Shown: positions 27,301 through 32,000 of the stretch, in pieces | Layout: the number at the start of each line of letters is the position of its first letter | Numbering within the stretch: position 1 is the first letter of the stretch | Source: Acaryochloris marina S15 | GTDB lineage: Bacteria > Cyanobacteriota > Cyanobacteriia > Thermosynechococcales > Thermosynechococcaceae | Direction of reading: 5' to 3' | Assembly: GCF_018336915.1 (NCBI RefSeq) | Contig: NZ_CP064924.1 | Location: forward strand, 30,001-62,000 | DNA length: 32,000 bases | Translations under genes and position numbers: made by a program | The notes under the pieces: generated by a model | What the model saw: only the letters and a program-made list of their open reading frames with translations | Told to the model about the DNA's origin: nothing | The model's database searches: none

Positions 27301-27533
27301 TACTGATCCACCACCTGTGAAAATATGGCATAAGCTGGGATTGAAAAGAGACCAATCAATATAAATGCGAGGGGTAAACCATCTGCGCCTACATGGGTGA
27401 TGAAGAGGGAATTGGCCACGGCCATTTCAATTACGCTGTAGGTGAGCACTACTACCGCCAACAACAACAGCTGAGCAAGTCGCCCCAATTTCCACGGGGA
27501 TGACCCGGACGAAAGCGTTGCTAAATTAACCAT
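24348..27533 (-). CDS. Fusion protein: polytopic transporter-like N-terminus + HEAT/armadillo repeats + C-terminal cyclic-nucleotide-binding domain
   Basis: 1061 aa. About 400 aa of TM helices are followed by repetitive helical repeats (DPRVRQQAAQIL, DPDPLV). The CAP-type cNMP domain is FKNLSLDEL...GEYFGEVALFDDAPHWDGSVALEDCTLL. Confidence 0.8.
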   Translation of the reverse strand: MVNLATLSSGSSPWKLGRLAQLLLLAVVVLTYSVIEMAVANSLFITHVGADGLPLAFILIGLFSIPAYAIFSQVVDQYSRPQLFRYMLLLAAMMAVGMWFLLAQTGIVIYYIVLIFVFFQWHFHNNILYASLLTDYFTALDYKRYAPFIGMSQAAGTIVGGGLTALLSHFLSTRTLLLGLPVIFGVAISQLFYFENTQRPIESVGRKDNVGMIEALRTFPGLVKRYPLMLFLAASSFLLVIIYLSAQFVWFSIYAQNYTEDALTGFLGSLRVSFSIIQVLVLYCFTRPLLHWVGVARMNVVYPLTTLFGLFGIVMQTSLPTAIALHMNGDGLNKSINIPVHQLNYNAFPREFLGRIRTLSDGLFYAVGQTTAGGLLWVCHHSLSLTQIAWIAIGLTVVLFGLRLPMGKYYAQGLEEMICSDAINLDKLGDLQLPLPQESSAVIRTLLQDNDRYTQIKGLEFATQLGQPSQFYLDVKPLLGQEDTDVQTAIVRLFSTNPDPKTVPIFEDCLQTASGSLRTMAFEILIANRYPFDIEQLRTNLKDGDPTIQALAALAIIQVGKMDKTLQTTCEQIWCSQLSEATGQAVVRVVACSQNRALMTVLKLLLMQDNSVIQQESLAVLATLGQAGDQDLADIAITASDHPAPLVRAAAFKLLGVVHIPEYVNNIAVGFQDPDPRVRQQAAQILPVYGKPGLQIAKESLSSNDTEVVNTAISAIGQVRNRQAGEILYEYLAPEFQQLAHTRRWQQQIPSTDPSWQPLALAVEDFHNRLLQKVLYILACLGHDRTVNAINRILNTNEQKDLASAVEALASLKNRRFILPLLPELEQVVKKEPASGWSCAEPQWMRDEGYKLLLEALETQDRWIRIGALIALAGVSSALVNDPDPLVKTVVEEIFFSADPDPLLNSQFMKRLLLLKKIALFKNLSLDELVLIDQTLEQEQKLTGETIFAEGSWCTHFYIIAEGKVQIIKDIDAQSRELKQLSVGEYFGEVALFDDAPHWDGSVALEDCTLLKLEKNRFLSLMTQRPHIILEICRFLSQRLRETDNYHSLGTLELSQVTESV

Positions 27534-27580
27534 AGAAATACTCGATTGGTTGTCTTAATGTCCTTCAATGCCATAAGACA

Positions 27581-28996
27581 TCAATCACTCAATTTCGGAG
27601 GTTCAGGGCCAATAATGTTGGTTTGATGAGGGACCTGAACAAATAGTGTGGCCACCGCTGCAACCACTAAGAATCCTCCTCCTAAGACAACAGCAGCTAG
27701 ACGATCCTCGTTGAGCAAGTTCTTCATAATCCAACCAAAGCCGATGGAAACTGCAATCTCAGGTAAAACCACGAAGAAGTTAAAAACACCTTGGTAAATC
27801 CCTCTGCGCTGAGTAGGAACGGTTCCTGCCAACATGGCATAGGGTAGAGACTGAACACTAGACCAGGTGATGCCAAAGCCAACCATTGGCAGAAGCAGCA
27901 TGTACTGGTTATGAATGGCGACCAAAGAAATTAAACTAATTCCGCCACTGCATAGGCATAAACTGTGGGTGACCTTACGATTCAAGCGCCTAGTTAAAAG
28001 GGGTAAAAGTAACGAAAATCCCGCACAGGAAATATTTAGCATGGCAAAACATAGTCCTGCCCATTCAATCCCATCGCTGTAAAGAGGTGTGCTCTGATGT
28101 TCCGCCCCAAAAATATTGTGAGCTACAGCGGGTGGGAAGTAGAGAAAAAAGCAAAATAGTCCTAGCCAAGTAAAACTCTGTACCCAAGCAAGTTGCCTCA
28201 TGGTTGGGGGCATATCCATCAGAACTTGCCAAGTCTCTTGCAGACTATTAATGACTCCTCCTCGCTCTTCTTGGAGCTCCTCAAAACGCGCTATATTTTT
28301 AGGAGGATGTTCTGGGGTCGTGAAGATGGTCCATAAAACCGTTCCTAAAAATATAGCTGCCCCGATATAAAACGAGAGCTGAACAGTTTTAGGTATTCGC
28401 TGTAAGGCACTCGTCGCGTTATTAACAGCAAATATATTGTTGAGGATCCAGGGCATCCCAGAAGCTGATACTGCCCCTAAACCAACCATGATGCTTTGCA
28501 TGGCAAAACCCCGAGTTCGCTGCTCTTTAGGAAGCAAATCACCGACGAAAGCTCGAAATGGGACCATGCTAGTGTTGGCACTCATATCTAAGAGCCATAA
28601 CATCAATGCTGCCATCCATAAGGTTGAGCAGTGTGGCATTAAAATCAATGCACAAAAAGCTAGTAGTGCACCGACCAGTAGATAGGGACGGCGACGACCT
28701 AGAGGTCCCCAGGTATGATCGCTAAGATTGCCAATAATCGGTTGTACTATCAAGCCTGTTAGGGGTGCAGCAATCCAAAGAATAGGAATTTGATGGGCAT
28801 TGGCACCTAAATGCTCAAAAATAGCGCTCATGTTGGCCATCTGAAGCCCCCAGCCAAATTGGATGCCCAGAAATCCTAAGTTCATATTCCAAAGTTGGAG
28901 GAATGTGAGCTTAGGGATTGTCGTTTCAGGAGCCTTTTCATGCTTCTCGATTTGAGCAGATGATGGTGAGGGAGTTAGAGTATCTGCGTCTGGCAT
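27581..28996 (-). CDS. MFS sugar transporter of the SLC45/sucrose-transporter-like (GPH) type
   Basis: 471 aa with ~12 TM helices. The signature is LSDHTWGPLGRRRPYLLVG after TM2. It lies 47 nt upstream of the fusion gene on the same strand. Confidence 0.75.
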   Translation of the reverse strand: MPDADTLTPSPSSAQIEKHEKAPETTIPKLTFLQLWNMNLGFLGIQFGWGLQMANMSAIFEHLGANAHQIPILWIAAPLTGLIVQPIIGNLSDHTWGPLGRRRPYLLVGALLAFCALILMPHCSTLWMAALMLWLLDMSANTSMVPFRAFVGDLLPKEQRTRGFAMQSIMVGLGAVSASGMPWILNNIFAVNNATSALQRIPKTVQLSFYIGAAIFLGTVLWTIFTTPEHPPKNIARFEELQEERGGVINSLQETWQVLMDMPPTMRQLAWVQSFTWLGLFCFFLYFPPAVAHNIFGAEHQSTPLYSDGIEWAGLCFAMLNISCAGFSLLLPLLTRRLNRKVTHSLCLCSGGISLISLVAIHNQYMLLLPMVGFGITWSSVQSLPYAMLAGTVPTQRRGIYQGVFNFFVVLPEIAVSIGFGWIMKNLLNEDRLAAVVLGGGFLVVAAVATLFVQVPHQTNIIGPEPPKLSD

Positions 28997-29358
28997 TTGG
29001 GCACCTTTAGAAAGAGCTTCTCTTAACGAATAGGATTGACAATATCACCACTAACAATTCAGAAAAGTCTACCCACATGTCTTTGATGACACTACAGTTG
29101 TAAAAAGTTTGCACCGTTTGAGGGTATTAAAAAGTGCTAGGTTGCAACTGCTATCGGCTACCCTTCAATAATTGGGTATCCATTTAAGTCAAGAAAATAG
29201 ATTGGATTAAGAGATTAGGCCGTTTTATCTTTGAGGACTGACATGCTGGCATTTTTTAAAATAAATGCTTTACCATTGTCTGATATTGGAAATGTCTTGA
29301 TCCGTTGTTGATTAAATTGAATTTCCTCAATATGGGTGGTGGAGAGATTTGAGAAATG

Positions 29359-29883
29359 CTATTGGGGTTGAGTATTATTTTGCTTAATCAACCCACGCAT
29401 TGTTTCAGCAGAGCTATGGTCTGCTTGCTCGTCAAATAACTGAGCGGCTTTCTTGAAATCCGACAAGGCACCTTGACGTTCATCCATTAGCAGGCGAATC
29501 GTACCGCGATTACCATAAGCTTCAGCCATAGTGGGATTTATCTCGATGGCTCGGTTAAAATCCTGGATCGCATGATCACGGTGACCAATTGAGAAATACG
29601 CAACGCCGCGATTGTAATAAACTTCCGGATTCGAGGATATTAATTGAATAGCTAGATCGTAAGATTCAATTGCACCCGTATAGTCTTCGGTAAGGGCTTT
29701 TTGAATCCCAGCTATGAGGTAATCTTGAGATTTCTTTTCCCTAGCCTGAGTAATTTCTGTAGAGTTTGCCTGAGAAACATTAATATCGGGTTTAGCTTGA
29801 ATCGGTTGGCAACCCACTAGAAATAGGCTACTTACGAGGAAAGAAGTGCTGAGAATCCATTGAGTGGGACAATTAGAAAACAT
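29359..29883 (-). CDS. TPR-repeat lipoprotein
   Basis: The signal peptide carries the lipobox LFLVGC. TPR repeats include YTGAIESYDLAIQLISSNPEVYYNRGVAY and HAIQDFNRAIEINPTMAEAYGNRG. Confidence 0.8.
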   Translation of the reverse strand: MFSNCPTQWILSTSFLVSSLFLVGCQPIQAKPDINVSQANSTEITQAREKKSQDYLIAGIQKALTEDYTGAIESYDLAIQLISSNPEVYYNRGVAYFSIGHRDHAIQDFNRAIEINPTMAEAYGNRGTIRLLMDERQGALSDFKKAAQLFDEQADHSSAETMRGLIKQNNTQPQ

Positions 29884-29980
29884 GGTTCAATCTCTCGTAA
29901 TGAAGGGCTTGAGTAAAGCTGTAATTTAGGAACCCGAAAGGTTATTCCCAATAACTCTATTGAAGCAGAAATGCCCAGAC

Positions 29981-30068
29981 CCACCATCGATAAAGAGGAT
30001 GAAGATTATTACATCTCCATCCTCCTTTTGGACTAGTCCGATCGGTTTATTCTCTTAACTCATCACAC
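29981..30068. repeat. Dispersed ~88-bp intergenic element, copy 2 (core GGACTAGTCC at 30029-30038)
   Basis: See copy 1. It lies between the stop of 30097..30726 and the start of 29359..29883, both on the minus strand. Confidence 0.7.
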
Positions 30069-30096
30069 TTATCACATCCGCCTGGCACATCTAAGA

Positions 30097-30726
30097 CTAT
30101 TGTGAGCAGTCACAAATGAAACTACTCAGAACATCTTTAGCTACAGCTAAGGGACCCGTTCCTTCTACTGCCTCTTCACCACTTCCAATGAGGCCATCAA
30201 TGGTGTCAGCTACTTTGGCGAGTTTAAAGCCATCCACAACAAACTCTTGAGTCGGATATCGCTGTAAAAACTCCAAGAAAGATATGCGATTGTCATCACT
30301 GAGAGAAAGGATGACAGCGGAGCGAAATGCTTGCAGATTAGCTTTTTTGCTAGGGGTCTGGAATATCTGTCCTGCCTGAAATAAGGCATATTCACCAGGG
30401 AGGATATGAAGCAAACGATCTGCGGTCTGCAGCTTTACTTTTACCTCCTTAGTCATAAACTGACGGGCCGCTTCAGGATCTTGTCCTGACACATTCAAAA
30501 AGAACTTGAGTTTAGAAGAGGCTTTACCTGTCTGGGCAAAGGTCTCTAATTCATCAATAGTTAGAGATTGACCAAACTGCTTGTAGGTAAACACCACTTT
30601 CTCAGCAGCATTAGCAGGAGAACTGGACAAGAATAGACTAGTAGTTGAGGCCACCGTTACCGTGGCTAAAGACAACCCGACACCCCAACGACCAATCTTT
30701 GGCAACCACTTGGGAAATATGGCCAT
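30097..30726 (-). CDS. Secreted DUF1400-like protein (cyanobacteria-restricted family), paralogue A
   Basis: Signal peptide, then AAEKVVFTYKQFGQSLTIDELETFAQTGK. It shares the DDxRISFLE and FICDC motifs with the next gene. Confidence 0.7.
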   Translation of the reverse strand: MAIFPKWLPKIGRWGVGLSLATVTVASTTSLFLSSSPANAAEKVVFTYKQFGQSLTIDELETFAQTGKASSKLKFFLNVSGQDPEAARQFMTKEVKVKLQTADRLLHILPGEYALFQAGQIFQTPSKKANLQAFRSAVILSLSDDNRISFLEFLQRYPTQEFVVDGFKLAKVADTIDGLIGSGEEAVEGTGPLAVAKDVLSSFICDCSQ

Positions 30727-30845
30727 AGATCGACTCCAATATACTTTGAATAATCACGTCAGCATTAGACCAGGGCGATTGTGGATATTTAACCAGGGCA
30801 GCCCAAAAAATGAACCACCCAACATTGAGACATCGCCCATAACTG

Positions 30846-31655
30846 CTATTGAACTTTGGCAGAAGTAGCCATGGGTTGAGTTGCTGGTGCAGAAGATGTT
30901 TCTGGCGGCTTGATGGCAGATGCATCTTCTTTTAGCTGGGCTGTATCAGAGGAGGTTGGTTCAGCAGAGGCAGTAGTAGGAACTACTGCTTCATCGCAAT
31001 CCTCTAGTCCTTTCTGTGAATGATACTGATGACTAGAAACTGTTTGAGCTTTTGTCCCATTCGGAGACGCTTGAGTGGTATTGCAATCACAGATAAAGTC
31101 TGACAATACACCTTTAGCAACTTCTAAGGCTGGCAGAATTTTCACCACAAGTCCACTGACATCGTTGTAAGTGCTTTCTAGACTTGTTATGTCTAGACGA
31201 ATGGTGTTTTGGGGATGTTTGTCGATAATTTCCAAGAAAGAGATCCGATCATCCTCTATCGAATTAAGCACCGCTGTTTTTATAGAATTCAGACCTCGCT
31301 CAGTCCTGCCATCTGTGCTAGAAATAACCTGGTCGAGCTTAAATAGTAAGAATTCGCCATTAGAACCTTCAATGAAGTTCTTCATAAATTTTGGCACTGT
31401 CAGCTGATCCGATAGGATTGTGCGTACTACTTTTGGTAGCTCAGCATCTGTATTAAGCAGGGTTTGCAGTGAAGAGGGCAGTTCTCCAGTGTTAGTGAAG
31501 TTATCTAGCTCCTGTCGTGTCACATTGACTTCAGTATCTTGGTAGCGGACGAAAATACTCTCAGCCGCATGAGATTCAGTTCCAATAAGTGGAGCACCAA
31601 TTACAGTAGCACTCGCTAGTCCCAAAGGAAGTAAAGACTGAAGATGACGTTTCAT
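30846..31655 (-). CDS. Secreted DUF1400-like protein, paralogue B with a Ser/Thr/Pro/Ala-rich C-terminal tail
   Basis: Signal peptide, then AAESIFVRYQDTEVNVTRQELDNFTNTGE. Also has EDDRISFLE and SDFICDC, with a low-complexity tail after the Cys motif. Confidence 0.7.
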   Translation of the reverse strand: MKRHLQSLLPLGLASATVIGAPLIGTESHAAESIFVRYQDTEVNVTRQELDNFTNTGELPSSLQTLLNTDAELPKVVRTILSDQLTVPKFMKNFIEGSNGEFLLFKLDQVISSTDGRTERGLNSIKTAVLNSIEDDRISFLEIIDKHPQNTIRLDITSLESTYNDVSGLVVKILPALEVAKGVLSDFICDCNTTQASPNGTKAQTVSSHQYHSQKGLEDCDEAVVPTTASAEPTSSDTAQLKEDASAIKPPETSSAPATQPMATSAKVQ

Positions 31656-31856
31656 ATAAAAACTCCTTACAATTTAATTCTGTAGTTCAATGGACAGAGG
31701 TGAGGATAGATTTCATTTCTTTAGATAGCGCCTACATTTGGCTTATTATCTACGATTGTTGTTCTTTTTTAGACAAATGAAATCAACTGTATGGACGTAT
31801 GTAAATGGTCTAAACTAGTCCATTCGGATGAGAGGGCATCCCCCATTCGGATGAAT

Positions 31857-32000
31857 ATTAATTCTGACTACGGAAGGATTTAAGCCAATCTTGCACCAGT
31901 TCCCCTACAACAGGTTGGCTTCCAAAGCCAAAGGCGAGGGCAAAGGCAACGGCGATCGCACCCAAAAGTAAGCCAAAGGCTAGATTGACAATATTGGTGG
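31857..32000 (-). CDS. 3' end of a membrane protein gene (partial; continues beyond the window)
   Basis: My own reverse-strand translation reads ...TNIVNLAFGLLLGAIAVAFALAFGFGSQPVVGELVQDWLKSFRSQN with a stop at 31857-31859. The frame is open to the window edge. It is too short to appear in the ORF track. Confidence 0.45.

Noticed and set aside
30008-30026. On the minus strand of repeat copy 2, an SD-like AAGGAGG is followed by ATGGAGATGTAA (a 3-codon mini-ORF). Copy 1 offers a 15-codon ORF (MKAFILFADGGFKLS).
   Set aside because: The reading frames are not conserved between the two copies. Stops fall at different places, so a conserved leader peptide is unlikely.

Overview
Mosaic accessory-type region that looks cyanobacterial. 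Support: an RRM-type glycine-rich Rbp, two DUF1400-like paralogues, several TPR proteins and lipoproteins, and perfect HIP1 GCGATCGC sites at 1882-1889 and 31952-31959. The organism cannot be named from the sequence alone. Layout: (1) 1-10.2 kb is a conjugative-element or phage-like block. It holds a lipoprotein thermonuclease, a 2139-aa N6-adenine methyltransferase plus Strawberry-notch/SNF2-like helicase polyvalent protein, a translationally coupled small ORF, a secreted protein, a DUF2272-like putative cell-wall hydrolase and a TPR protein. (2) 10.4-18.2 kb is a compositionally foreign, largely AT-rich set of unknowns. It holds a coiled-coil protein, a tight four-gene operon containing an HNH nuclease, a convergent membrane-anchored FtsH-type M41 protease domain with no AAA+ module, an acidic protein, a membrane-anchored Hanks Ser/Thr kinase and a divergent Cas4/RecB-like PD-(D/E)XK nuclease. 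An IS with perfect 26-bp inverted repeats has replaced the 3' end of that nuclease gene. (3) 19.5-32 kb looks more chromosomal. It holds an Rbp, a PRC-barrel protein, an AI-2E transporter, an IS903-group IS5 element, a transporter-HEAT-cNMP fusion next to an SLC45/GPH-type sugar transporter, a TPR lipoprotein, two DUF1400-like paralogues and a partial 3' gene end. I found no rRNA, tRNA or CRISPR array. The most unusual signal is a 169-codon ORF (2204-2713) in the +1 frame of the giant gene. It spans the giant protein's first disordered linker, starts with ATG directly after a stop, follows a GAGGAA motif, and shows apparent avoidance of +1-frame stops at every main-frame NTA and NTG codon. That fits an overprinted (dual-coding) gene. 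Second is the 11.1-14.8 kb HNH cassette plus orphan M41 protease, a candidate uncharacterised conflict or defence module. All family calls come from motif recognition by eye. No database search was run.
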